From Bigelowiella natans CCMP2755 (taxonomy: Eukaryota > Protista > Cercozoa): 64,000 bases of DNA. The stretch lies in NCBI GenBank assembly GCA_000320545.1, contig ADNK01001071.1, positions 56,541 to 120,540 of the forward strand, given 5' to 3'. The position numbers were made by a program, and so were the translations under genes. Positions 48,754 to 64,000 of this stretch are shown piece after piece. The notes under the pieces were generated by a model. It did not search any database, had not been told where the DNA came from, and saw nothing but the letters and a program-made list of their open reading frames with translations. Position 1 is the stretch's first letter; each line of letters begins with the position of its first letter.

Positions 48754-49528
48754 ATGGATAGGTCGATGTCGAGGCTGGAACGCTTATGCGGGATCCGAAA
48801 TAACTGTGATGGTGAAGGCGGTGCTGAAGGCGATGATAGTAAATCAAGCGAAGATGCGAACTCGACCAATGGAAGCCTGGATGGGCTTTTCATCAAAGGA
48901 CAGGTCTGCCAAACGTTGCGGATGTGCGTTTGATTAAACTGATACATCCTAAATTCGAGCCGCTCCTTCGCTATTTTCTGCAAACCTTTTAAGTTTCTCG
49001 TTCATTCTCATTCAAGAAGATACGTCACACGATCATACAATGCTCATATGCACGAGCTCTGTAGTCATTTGTTTTGGTGGATCGAAACAGAGGCCGCTGA
49101 TTTTCTGCGCGATTATGGGGCTGGAAGAGATCGGAGAAGAGCTCCTTAAGCGACACGAAAAAATTAAGGACTATATCGACGAGGTGGATGGATACGATTA
49201 TACAGCTTTGCATCATGCCGCGAATCTGGGTTGCAGCGACTTGGTCCGAGCATTGCTTCAGGTGTCTGTGCTGCTGCTAGAAGTAGTTAGTTACTACGGG
49301 GGATTATTTACAGAGTGATAGATCATGATAGTGATGAAGATGCCATCAAATTTTTGAAGAATTTAACCTTCTTAAGGAGGCAAACTATTTTATCAGGCGA
49401 AGGCGAATGTGAATGCGACTACTGACCAGATAGCAAGTACACTGTTTGTACCAGGTAAACGTTTGTTTAGGGGAATCTATGCGCTTGACTATGTTCCACC
49501 TCCTCGTTGAGTCTCCCCCTCCCCATTA

Positions 49529-49582
<54 letters not shown>

Positions 49583-49661
49583 ATTTATCTATCTATCTAT
49601 CTCTCTCTACTTGTGTGCATGTGTGTTTGTGTGTTTCTCTTCGTGAACACAACATCTGAGT

Positions 49662-49705
<44 letters not shown>

Positions 49706-50075
49706 CTCTATTTATCGCACCTTCTCCTTCTTTCTTTCTGTCCTTCTACCTCTTTTCTTCTTGCATTAGTGACGCAGATAGTAATGGGAAGTTTAAAAAA
49801 ACATGTAATTATAAATTAGGTGGAAGAAGTGCTTTGCATTTGGCAGGTCATAAATATTTCTTAATGCGTGTCTCCGCAGTGTTTCGTTTCTCTATCCCCC
49901 TATACCCCCCACCCCCTCTCTCTTCCCCATTTTCCTATCTCCCCTCTTCTTTTTGGGTATAGTCAAGTTCGATGCCGATGTCAATATAGGCTCCAACGGC
50001 TGCACTGACACCATCTCCGCTCTCCTGGAATTCAAAGCACAGGTAGTAACAACCGCTCACGCCTCAGCTAATAGG

Positions 50076-50125
<50 letters not shown>

Positions 50126-50620
50126 TTATATGTCTCCATCTGGTTCTACACCGCAACTGATGCTTTCTACCGCCGTCACTTGCCTCCCTCCTTTACATCG
50201 TCTTCCTAGATAGATCTGCGAGACTTTGAAGGCGAGCCCCCTCTCGCGGTCACCTCCTCAAAGGCAGCACAGAAGCTCCTAATCAGAGCGGCGAGAAATC
50301 ACTACCACTTCGAGGAAGAGGAGCAGAAGGAGGGGGAGGATGGCGAGGAGAAGGGCGGGGAAGGAAACAACGGCGGGGAGGAAGAGATATCAGCAGAAGA
50401 AGGGAGGGGGAGACGAGGAAGAAAGGCGTCAAAAAAGGAACGGAAAGAGGGGGTAGAGAGATGCAGGAAGGCTCCATCTGACGAGTTACGTTTCCAACAA
50501 ACAATGAAGAATCACCCTCCTTCAGAACCGCTGTTAGTTGTTCATGCTCTGAAATATCGGCAGCCCTGGATGCCGTTGTCGTTGTTTGCTTGTGCCCCAA
50601 TCTTCAACAATCTGATATGA
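48754..50620 (+). CDS. Ankyrin-repeat protein with acidic/Gly-rich C-terminal region
   Basis: Exons give RPLIFCAIMGLEEIGEELL, DGYDYTALHHAANLGCSDLVRALLQ|AKANVNA, GGRSALHLA|GSNGCTDTISALLEFKAQ|IDLRDFEGEPPL, i.e. about three ankyrin repeats. The 3' end is approximate. Confidence 0.82.
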
Positions 50621-50707
50621 TCGGCGTGACTTGCTATGCCTGTGTAGTCTTATAAAGCCTCTAAGCCCAAATGAGTTTGTTGCTCAGGAAAAAATAAGTA
50701 TATTAAC

Positions 50708-50743
<36 letters not shown>

Positions 50744-50859
50744 GACTTGGGAACAACAATGAGAAGGGGCAAAGGAATGGCCTGGGGAAAGAATAACAGC
50801 ATGGCCCATTTTTTTTCCACAACAAAATTCTTGTTTCATCGAGTGATGTTCCGCTCCCA

Positions 50860-53340
<2,481 letters not shown>

Positions 53341-53479
53341 GCATGATGTAGGATTAATGTGATCAGCTGAGCCTTCCTCATTAGTAGCGAACGGCTTTAG
53401 ATCTATGGTGTGTAGTTAATATCAAAAACCATTTTAGAGTCCTTCAGAGTCCTCAGTCCTGTGTTCCGATGTGCATCAT

Positions 53480-53950
53480 TGTGAAGGGAGTACAAGCCAA
53501 GTAGCTCATGCATCTTCATCTGTCTAGGTGTCTAGATCTAGAGATGTTGATTGAGCTGCACGTCACATCCTTCAACTTCTCTCGAGCGCCTATCGCTGCA
53601 TGTGCGATGCAAATCTGGTCCGCTTCAACTCATGCGTGCATGCGTGCTGCACGTTGGTGTTTGACGTTCATTCGAAGTGACATGCAATGGCTGTGGCCAG
53701 GCATCGTTCACTGCATTCATTGATTCATCTAGCTGCAGCTAGTCATGGCTCACATGTGTGACTGCACAACGAGTGCGCAATGCTTTGCATCTCGACATGG
53801 ACAGCTGATGAACACGTTTCACACCCAGGCTAGCAGGGTGCGACACGGTCTAGCTAGCTAGCTAGCGGTGGTGATCATCATTCTGCGACAAAAGCGTCAC
53901 TTCTCAGGCAGCTCTGACCTGACCTGTCTAGCTGTCCAATCTGTTGGTCA
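53480..53950. repeat. Degenerate repeat/transposon relic with CpG-decay signature
   Basis: CTAG/CATG/TGCA-rich non-coding tract including tctagctagctagctagc. Confidence 0.45.
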
Positions 53951-54540
53951 TTGTTGATGTTGTTTTTGTTCCAGTGTTGAGCACAGTTGCGAGCTCTCTC
54001 TGGTCTCTGGCTCTGCATGTGTCGCCACACAGCAGCGATTTCGGTCTTGGAGGAGCCATTGTGGATCGAGCCACGTGATTTCCTTGACCAACTGATCAAA
54101 CTGAAGGTTGCACTCGTGTTCACTGTCAGTGTTGCTGATCCCACTGCGCACACCAGCCTGAGCCACGCCGCGCTGTCATCACGCACGTGCCGCGCCACTG
54201 ACGCTGACACTCGAGTGAATTGATCAATTAATGAATGAAGCGATTCAAAAGGAGCGGTTGAGACGGTCACAAGTCACGCTGACTCATCTGTGACCTCCTC
54301 AACGCTCGTAGATCTCCAGAGAAAGTTGAGGCTTCCCGAACAAGAAGAACAAGAACAATGATGATGAACTGCACTTCCAAAGTGTTGCAAGATCAGTGAC
54401 GGATCAGTGCATTGTCTTTTATTCTGGTAAAAATCGATGGGATTTTATCAGTACGACATGACATTTAACGGTGTTTCTCTCCCTGAAACGAGTCACCCTC
54501 TCGCCCCGTTCTTCTCCGCCGGAGCCAACGGATAGTTCCC

Positions 54541-54898
54541 ATGACGATGGCACCGACGAGGGTGCCCCTGCTGCTCCCGCTGATGCTTTGTCTACAAATA
54601 TGTGCCGGGTGGGAAATACAGGAAATCTTCATCAGAGACATAACTGATTTCCTCATCCGCGAAAAGGGGGGAGTGGCGGTTTTCATTCTCGAATTTAATG
54701 GCATTAAATTATTATCAGGACATGGAAAATGCCCCAGGGAGGAAGAGTCAAGTTAGAGGCGATAGCAGACAGAAATTCGGATGACAGTGTTGTAGCTAAA
54801 AGAAACTTAAAGGATACTAAGAATGCAGAAATATCGACGGTAGACATTCAAAAATTCTCATCAGGCACCAAGCTATCAGCTTCTCTTTCTCTCTCGCA

Positions 54899-54943
<45 letters not shown>

Positions 54944-56191
54944 CCTCTCCCTCTCCCTCTTCCCGCCGTCTTACCCTCTTCAACATTTACGAAGGAGGAA
55001 GAGGCAACCAGACAGCAGTCTCCCAACGCACCTTACTACTTGAACATTCTAGACGACTTTGAAGTGTCGGAGGTGCAACTTCAACAACCAATGCATACAT
55101 TCATCTTTATATACATGCATTACATGGCCCACTGCGTGCGCGCGCGCGCGCGTATATGTGTGTGTGTGTACCCATGCCTCTTCATCTATTTTTTATATGC
55201 ATTTGATGAGGGCGACGAAGCTGAGAACAATCAAAGAAATGCTTAAGCAGGGCCTTTCTATCATATGAAAGAATACAAATATTCATGTTACATCTCTGTA
55301 GCTCTGTCTCCTCGTACGATATAATTTGACTGTTGTGATTTGCGTCATAGGCTCGAAAGCAACGGAGAAAGAGCGTCCCATTTGTACTGACACACACAGA
55401 CAGACACACACAAGAGTAGAAGAGAGTAATGTATGATTTGCAAGTGCTAGGTTTCAGGTGTCGGAGCTCGTTTGTGATTTGATCGCCTCCTGAAATGTGT
55501 GTAATGTAAGTGAAATAAGATTCATGACGCAAACACGTAATCGTCACAGGGCTTGGTGGGAGGGGAGTTCTGCGATGCACGGAAACGATGCGTTGTATCC
55601 CACTTCGTGCATATTCCGAAGACTGGAGGAACTTCGGTAGGAAAGATCCACCTGGACAATTAACTCTCATGCTCAGTTAACAGCAATATTATGCTGGAAG
55701 TATAGAAGGGAAGCCGTATTCATTCTTAGTGGTATATGCTCTTGAAGTCGCTCTTTCCCTCCTCTCATTTCCCTGTCTAGTCCTAATCTATTACTCGTGG
55801 CTCATCATCCACCCATTCTCTAGGTGCGAGCAATGATGCCAACTTGGTACCGCACGGTAGGGAATCTTACATGCTAAGATACTAGAAGTAATAGTAGAGA
55901 AAGGGAGTAGGAGGGGGGGGAGAAGAAGAAAATAAAGCGATATGTCCCCCCTTTTGCCTCGGAGAAGAAGGTCGTGCTACGATAGTCACCACACCTATAT
56001 CGACATGCAAAGGGTGATGATATCAAAGCAGCTGCAGTATGCGTCACGTTCCTCCTAGGCTGGCTTCTAAAGCCAGGAATAAAAAGCAATGGTCCCTGCC
56101 CCCCTCCTCATTTTGTTTTTTGATCGAAGGACTTTCCTTGGGGAGCTGGATACCACAATGAGTCCTGCGGCGTGGTAGCTTACGATTGCTG

Positions 56192-56234
<43 letters not shown>

Positions 56235-56305
56235 TCCCCATATGTGTATAACATGTTAGGAAAACTAAAATCTAATATACAATCGCATATATAAGATGTT
56301 ACATA

Positions 56306-56348
<43 letters not shown>

Positions 56349-56485
56349 AATATTGTTTTATATATAATTATGCTTGTGTGCGGGTTTATGTGCTGAATCT
56401 GTAATTATGTCATGAAGAGGTCAGCATCAACATTCCACATGACGCTGCCCGAGCTTCGGAGATGTGGTAGTAGTAGTAGTAGTAG

Positions 56486-56519
<34 letters not shown>

Positions 56520-56564
56520 TGTAGTAGTAAGGCGTCACCCATTTAGCTGTCATCACGCTCCATC

Positions 56565-56605
<41 letters not shown>

Positions 56606-56637
56606 GTCTTGATTTTGTGAAAAGGTATGCATGCATG

Positions 56638-56670
<33 letters not shown>

Positions 56671-56965
56671 CTATATTTTGTTGGCGTGTATGACGTGTTG
56701 ACGGGTGAAAAGGTCTCGTGAGGCGCCAAGTAGAACCCGGGTTGGTTCTTTGCACAGTGAGGGATTCTCTATCACGTTTCAAAGCTGAGGTAATATGCAT
56801 TGTTATCTCCGACTCAGGGGGGAGGAAGGGTGGCAGATCTAGTAATGAGTTGTATCAGCATCGTTGTGTGGTAGTAAGAAGTATGGATAGGAACCAAGAT
56901 AGTAGTAGAGGAGGGCACCTGATAAACAACCCTTCTCTCTCCCTCTCTCTTCTCTATTTCCTTCT

Positions 56966-57000
<35 letters not shown>

Positions 57001-57238
57001 TGAACGGTTATTGACAGGTTTCATGGCAACACTGGGCTTCAGGGAACACGTATATCGCCCCATGAGTCACACACGCACTTGCACATACACACATTCACAA
57101 GAGGGAGAGGGGGGGGGGGAGAGGGAGAGAAGTCGTCAGTATATTGTGCTAATTGGCGACCACATTGCTCATGCATCTCAAAGCGGTTCAGAGTCAAACT
57201 TCATCCCCAACGAGATTAAGCGGTGCGTGTCAGATGCT

Positions 57239-57271
<33 letters not shown>

Positions 57272-58191
57272 GCTTTATGAACGCTGCTAGCCAATTCAGG
57301 GAGTAGTCCGCGATTAGAATTTAATAGCGAAGAGAGCCAGCACACACCCCCGATCTTCTCTGGATCGCCACGCAAAATTCAAATCGTCATTTTTCATTTT
57401 TTTAAAAAGGTGTAACAAGGCCTCTCCAATGCGAGATATGGGTAGTAGCAGCAGCAGCAGCTGCCAGATCATGGATTGTACACCTATAGACCGCTAATTA
57501 CAAAGCGACTTTGAGCACATGGAAGATTTTGACGGGCTACATGATATATATATTCCTGCTTTGTGTGGTTTACAACTATGTGACGCGCTTCTGAAGTTTT
57601 GCATGATCACACAAATAATACGGGTAGATAAATTCTCTCACTGTCGCCCCCAGAGTGCTTATCTTCGCGACGAAGACGGCGATGTAAGTTGTTTCTCCGG
57701 GCACTTCATCAGCAACATTGCCTGCAGATATGGAATTGCGATCTTTGTTCTGCAAGAAGGCTTTTACGCTTGAGCGTGGAGCAAAGATGCCTCTTCCTCT
57801 GCTACGTGTCTTGTCGGGGTTACGGCTCTTATAGGGTGAAGGAGAGGTCAGGGTGATAATCGAGAGATCGGGGCGAAGCAGCTTTGGCCACACATACATT
57901 TTTTGCAGCAAGGCTTATCCAACGAACGACTCTTCCGTGGTGCCTACTATTTGTTACAGGAGATCTGTGATGTGTTGATTTCAAACCCCAGTAACCATGC
58001 AAGACTCCTCAGAGATCTAACAGGTACTGCTTATCACCGGCTGCTGTCATGTCAGCTACCTGTCGCTGTTCCACGCGTTAACATGATGCAGCTCTTCTGC
58101 AAGCTGTATCCTTCTACTCCTCCAGTGTGTTATTAGTGTTATAGGAACCTTACACGCTCATCTACCATCGCTACATCTGCCTTTTCCTGCC

Positions 58192-58243
<52 letters not shown>

Positions 58244-58346
58244 TCTCTATTTGTACTAGGCTGCGACCTCAAGGAACTCCCGAAAATCAACATGCATACG
58301 GGTCCATTCCTATGCGCACACACGCACACACGTGTATGTATGTATT

Positions 58347-58381
<35 letters not shown>

Positions 58382-59009
58382 CGTATGCACTGGCTCAACA
58401 TGTTTGTCGTGTGTGAGTAGGGCGAAGGGACTGGAATTTGACTAAGGTTAGTGATTCAAGGAATAATGCTTTCTCTCTTTCTCTCTTTCTCTCTTTCTCT
58501 CTTTCTCTCTTTCTCTCTTCCTCTCTTTCTCTCTCTCTCCCTACTGCCTTCTATATGGCATTAATGCTGAATCTTGCACCGTTGTTGTATGTGGTACTAC
58601 GATGATCTAGGAGCAAATGGATTGGGTCACATCTTTCTATCATAGCGGTCGGGAGATATTATTAATACTGTACTTACCTGCGGACTGTTTGCTCTTGATT
58701 AGCGCGACAAGCTTTTCGCTCCATATCTCAAGCCCCCCCCCCCCCCCCTATGATTTTCCATTTCGTAAATGCCACCACCACCGCACACAATGCTGCTTTC
58801 GAGCGGTCGCTTATCAATTATATATTCCAGAGAACTTCTGATTATGGTGTCCTGACGATGTCTGAGCAGACTTCGACAACGATGCGATCCAGAGGGCGCT
58901 CCAGGGAAAAGTCGTTATTAAGGCGAGTATAAGGTTGTTCGAAGAAGATGCTCGTCATTCCATGTTGAGCGAGAGCGAGCCAACAATAAAGGCAGCTTCA
59001 CAGGAATAG
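54541..59009 (+). CDS. Secretory-pathway sulfotransferase (Sulfotransfer_2-like), multi-exon
   Basis: N-terminal hydrophobic leader MTMAPTRVPLLLPLMLCLQICAG; 5'-PSB motif HFVHIPKTGGTS (~55600-55636); 3'-PB-like LCTVRDSLSRFKAE (~56748-56789); HCRPQSAYL (~57640-57665). Several exons and the 3' end are uncertain. Confidence 0.75.
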
Positions 59010-59599
59010 TGAGATACGTACGCGACCTAGATAATAGTGAGGGTGAATTGAAGGAGAAATGACTTACTCACCTTACTCATTTCCATTACCTCGTACTCGG
59101 TATGCTTATACTAATGCTGGCTGCCACTCGATGCAAACCTGTCTTTCATTATCGTCCATTCGATTGATTGCGTACCCCCCCCCCCCCCACAATTGAAGTG
59201 AACATACACGGATCTAGCGCTGATCAGTGCTGTTACATGATTGCAGTGAGGCAAAGCGAAGGATGCTCAAAACGGTTGGCTGGAGTATAGTAAGGCAGTC
59301 GAAGGAGTCTGGATAGAAGATGGGGGTTTAACAAGGATTATAAGATTTGCGGGAAAGTTTAAATGTAAGACTTCTTCATCTATTATCATAGCTAGAGGGA
59401 AGCAGCAAAAACATACAGCGTTCTCTTCTATATGAGACGGATGTAGTGAGATGATTACATTTTCTCAATAGTCATCCTAATCTAGTTATGTAGCCATGAG
59501 CAGCGACTACGGCGATCATGTTTTACTTATTTGTTTCTGCAATTATGCTGCGTGTCCTGTGAGACGGGTGTAATGAAATGAATGCTTTTTTTTAATGGC

Positions 59600-60700
59600 C
59601 ATCCTAATGTAGCTGTGCAATCTAGCAATGCTAGAACGCTGCAGCTACAGCGCTGATGTGTTCTATACACTAGCTAGCTAGTACATACAGCGTTGTCTGC
59701 TCATAATCTAGACAATGTTGTTCGAGGCATGCATGGCGCACATCACCACCGCACTTGCTAGCTTGACACTGCTAGACTGCGCAATCTAACAGTAAGGAAC
59801 ATAACTCTGTAGGACCCATAGCTAGACAGGTCCAACCTAGCAACATGTGTGTGTGGGTCTGTGATATGTGCATCGACCACTTCACATACTAGCATGTACC
59901 TCCATGCAAACTCATGTGCTATCCACAAATCAGCGCACACATGAACACGTGTCTAGCATAGATGTGTCCATGCTAGCATGTGCACATCAGCACACCTAGA
60001 CACGTGTCGTGATTTGTTTGGTGCATGTGTGGAGGTGAAAAGAACACACATGCTTTTTTTACATTTGCAAAAAATGGTATATGCATGTGTTTTACGTGCA
60101 CAAACATGTGGAACCTGTAGGTCAAATGTAGCTAGATAGTGTGACTGTCTAGCTGTGCTAATTAGGCTGCATGTGCGCACAACAATGTCACAGTCTAGCA
60201 GTACAGCAGTGCGATTCCACAAACTGTGTGTTGTAATCATCCAAGCTCACATTTAGAACGCGCATCTACACTCCACACAGCTACATGCATGTGTATATAG
60301 ACATAATGTCCATATACGTGTACGCGTAAGGAACACATGCTAGCATGTAGTAGACGGCATACACGTATATGGACATAGTGTCCATATATGTGGCATGTAC
60401 ACGCATGCTAGCATGCCGCTCGCATACATACCAGCTTAATTGCTACATTTCGTAACATGCTTTCGCACATCACCTAGCTAGCTAGCTAGCTAGTGTCTAG
60501 ATACATACACATGCTAGCATGTCTCTTTCCTAGCCTGCAAACGTGTATGCCACGATCCCAACAAAGTGCACGTGAAAACATGACTTGCGTTCTCACGGTG
60601 CACGCAAAGCTGGATTACTTTTCGCGCACGTGCGATGCGCAGCGCGAACAATACATTTGCTGTACTTTTCATCAGCAGTAAGCGTCAGTGACGGGCGGAG
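59600..60700. repeat. Degenerate repeat/transposon relic with CpG-decay signature
   Basis: Very dense CTAG/CATG/TGCA (e.g. catgctagcatg repeated, cctagctagctagctagctagtg); no credible ORF. Confidence 0.55.
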
Positions 60701-60909
60701 CGACTATGCACAACGATGTATTTGACGCAGTAACATGCATCTTTTGTTCACACATGGCGATGACTGGAAGTATTTACTCAGTATCCACATTTAAGCATGC
60801 GTGTACGCACAGCATATGCTCAGTAGCCGAGCGCATATTCCGTGCAATTCTATCTTTGATAGCCAAAGTCATCAGTGAGTTGGAGAATCCAAGACTTAGC
60901 ATCATCTCA

Positions 60910-61430
60910 TCAGGGCGTCGTGCTGGCAAGGAGCCCGCTGTGTCGCAGAAGAGGCTCAGTAGATGGCTTACGTCCTCGGAAAGCCTTGAAAACCTGTGCG
61001 TGAATAACAATAACCAAGTTGCATGCAATAAGAGATAGCTAGGAATAGCTCATCTTTGTCAGTTTTAGACAATGATATTCTGAAAGGAAAACAACTCCAG
61101 CTGCTCACGCGCGCCTGAGGCGATCTGCTATCTTTGTGGGAGCGATGTCCGTTTGTCATCGTGACTTACTTCCATTGGATCTTTGCCCCCCCCAAGCGCC
61201 AGTACCGTGTCACGGAAACGGATACCAGTTTCACGTACCTGTTTAAATTTTAAGAATGGGGAGGAGAGGAGGCGTCGAGGAAACAGATATAGGTCTTTCA
61301 GCATAATTGCAGCAATGTCACTTCTGAAGATGCGCAGTGCTGCATAAGAGAATGAAGACTTTGAAGGCCGTGGTGCGTGAGTTTCATAACAGCATCAGCC
61401 GGCGGAATAAAGCGGATTCCCACCGCTATC

Positions 61431-61472
<42 letters not shown>

Positions 61473-63374
61473 CATATATATGACTGTGTTCTGATTGAAT
61501 GATCGTTACCTTATCCTCGTTCTCTAGGCCTACCTCCTCAAAGGCAGCAAAGCAGTCCGCCGAGAGAACCTGCAGGGAAGAAACAAAGGTAAGTGTCCGA
61601 TCTACCAGTGCGTATTTGATGAGGAAAGCAGCACAAGTACCGCCATCACCACCACCACCACCACTAGTAACCAACCTCTGCCCATTTGTATGAGTAGTAG
61701 CCAGCGGAGTACCTAACAACAAGAGAGAGAGAGAGAGAGGGGGGGGGGGGGGGGGGTTGGTAAAAGAGAGGGGGAGGAGTAGGCGTTAGAAAAGAAAGGG
61801 TGATACAGATGATCACAAGCATTATACTTCTCCTTCGTCTTTGTTGCCGGTCAATCGACAGACAAGTTTCAAAGTATAACTGATATTTTTGTTAAGCTAG
61901 GCTTGCGCGAACAGCCGTGAAAAGTTCATGGCACTACAACGTGACAAATTGATCATAACACATACGACACTTTTTCCCTTCTCCCCCCTCCTCTTCCCTT
62001 CTCCATCCCCCCCCCCCCTCCCTCCTATACCCGCCAGCGAAGATATGCGAGAATGCGTTAAGGAAGCGGTCAAACTCGGCTGGTGGTAGTGCCTCCGTCG
62101 TCTCCGCAACCTGAGAAAAGGCGACAACGACGAGAAATCGAGCAACGAATGTAAGAGAGATTAAAACGGTGAAATCGAGGCAATACAAGCATATCTTGTC
62201 AGGCGGAGAAGGAAAAGCTATGCTTCAGGAGTGCTTGCCAGAGGGGGATGATGATGATAATGATGATAATGATGATGATGATGATACATCATGATTTCTC
62301 CTCAAAAACATCTGAGACACACTCCCCCCCCCCTCCCACTTTATTTATCTCTCTTTCTCACCCTCCTATCAAGCTCGTAAGGGGTCTCCTTTGTTTCATC
62401 GAATTCGCTGTTATTGGAGGAAGGATGAACAGCAGGAGGAGGGGGAGGGGGAGGGGAAAAGGAGGGCACGAGTTATTATCACGAGGATAACACGAATAGC
62501 AAACGACAGCATTGCTGAATATAACGTGCAACATATTGCCGGCAAATAGCACAAGATCACCATCGCAGCCTCCGCCCTATCGAGCAGGCCGCGAAGTGGA
62601 AGAATACTACCTGTGCAGCAGGAGGTCGGTAGTTGCGAAGTGAAGTTGCCTGGCCATTGCAGAGCCCGCTCTGAACGTGCGAGCTGCCTGGAGAAGTCGA
62701 TCGTCGCACACAGCAGCAAACGGCGGCGACGACCACCAATAATAATAATGCAGCAGAGCTATTAGAAGAAGGGAATCGAGAGCAGCACCAACACCAGGAA
62801 ACAAGGCCAAAAATGGCCAGGCCAGCAGCGGGAAACCACCACCTACAGCAAACAACGCACCTTTATTTTCTCGAATTCCTCCTGGGGGAGGGGTTCTTCA
62901 GTCTCGTAGTGCTTTGCCATGGCCATGAGAGTCGGCTCATCATAAAGCCAGTTCTCCATAAATTGGGAGGGCTGCTCTACCGCGTCCCACTCTACGTTCT
63001 CGATCCCTGCCACCATGCCCTCGCTCTGGGTTGTGAGCATATGCTGCAGAGCGTGCCCCATCTCGTGGAAGAGGGTCTCTACCTGATATATGTATAATAT
63101 ATATATATATATATATATATTTTACATACACATATTATATAAATTTTATATATATACATTACATTGGATGGACTGGTGGATGGATGGGTGGATAACAATA
63201 ACAATCATCAACGAAGGAGGAAGGACCACGACGACGACGAGGGGAGGGGTGTGAAAGAGAAGCGGTGGCACACATGGATCATCGAGCTAATAAGCAAAAC
63301 GGCCATCGTCTTCATCATCATTAACATCATCATCATCATCTTCCTCAAAAGGTTGATCCAAGGGTATATCACAT

Positions 63375-63412
<38 letters not shown>

Positions 63413-63514
63413 CCTCTCGGAACTTCATCAAACTTGGTTTGCCATCAACAGGAGGAGCTTGATTTAGCACCTATTCACACCAGAGGGAGGGAGGGAGGGA
63501 GGGAGGGAGAAAGA

Positions 63515-63558
<44 letters not shown>

Positions 63559-64000
63559 AATAAAAATGGAACACATGGACACAGAGAGAGAGTGGGAGAG
63601 AGAGAGGGGGGGGGGGGGGGGGTTTTTTTTTACTTTAAAATATTCTGGGGCTCTGGAAATTCACTCTTGCTTCTCCCATCCATAGATGGCTGAAAGCTTT
63701 TTAATTATAGAAGATTTTGTAATAACTTAATCATCTGAGTATTACGTTATGATGGCTGTCTGGCTCGCTTCCCACCTCTCAGTCTTTATCTCTTTCTCTC
63801 ACACGCACACCCTCCCACTCTTTTTGACAGGGCCGCGGGCAAGAACGATATTTCTATGATTCTCCTGTCTTTGTGAGTGAGGGGGTCGGGGGGGCGAGTC
63901 AAAACGAACGACAGGGGGTGGTATGCATATATAGTAGATAATACGGAGAAAACAAGGGGGTGTGTGCGGCTGGGCGGGCGGGCGGGGCGGGGGGCTCCTA
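60910..64000 (-). CDS. prlC: Oligopeptidase A (peptidase M3A, PrlC/organellar OOP-like), C-terminal exons; 5' part outside the window
   Basis: [19 protein letters not shown]|[16 protein letters not shown] (HEXXH)...[16 protein letters not shown]; [17 protein letters not shown]; [14 protein letters not shown]|[12 protein letters not shown]|[12 protein letters not shown]; [16 protein letters not shown]; [22 protein letters not shown]...TGA at 60910. Confidence 0.95.

Noticed and set aside
53878-54270. Overlapping ORFs next to the decayed island as a transposase remnant
   Set aside because: No recognisable transposase, RT or integrase motif in any frame, so it cannot be supported without a database search.

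Overview
This is eukaryotic nuclear DNA with dense spliceosomal (GT-AG) introns that are often filled with microsatellites. Bipartite targeting leaders and a green-lineage-type FKBP12 suggest a chlorarachniophyte-like alga (inference). The first ~30 kb is one giant minus-strand gene. I traced 33 exons with consistent phases from an ATG at 30329 to the window edge. They encode a signal peptide followed by at least 22 tandem six-bladed NHL beta-propeller modules joined by Pro/Thr/Ser linkers, with three PAN/Apple-like inserts (>8,400 aa, C-terminus outside the window, one apparent +1 frameshift at ~3160). The second half contains, in order: an EngB/YihA GTPase whose 5' region holds a ~478 bp MITE-like element; an intron-split Macro + SIR2-like (bacterial defence-type NADase) fusion gene with a signal + transit-like leader; a CaaX-ended orphan; intronless PLPBP/YggS and DEP-domain genes; FKBP12; an ankyrin-repeat gene; a poorly resolved hypothetical gene; a Sulfotransfer_2-type sulfotransferase; and the 3' part of oligopeptidase A. 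Several CpG-decayed repeat islands lie between genes. The best novelty candidates are the Macro-SIR2 fusion and the giant poly-propeller secreted protein. All exon models were read by hand and need RNA-seq confirmation.
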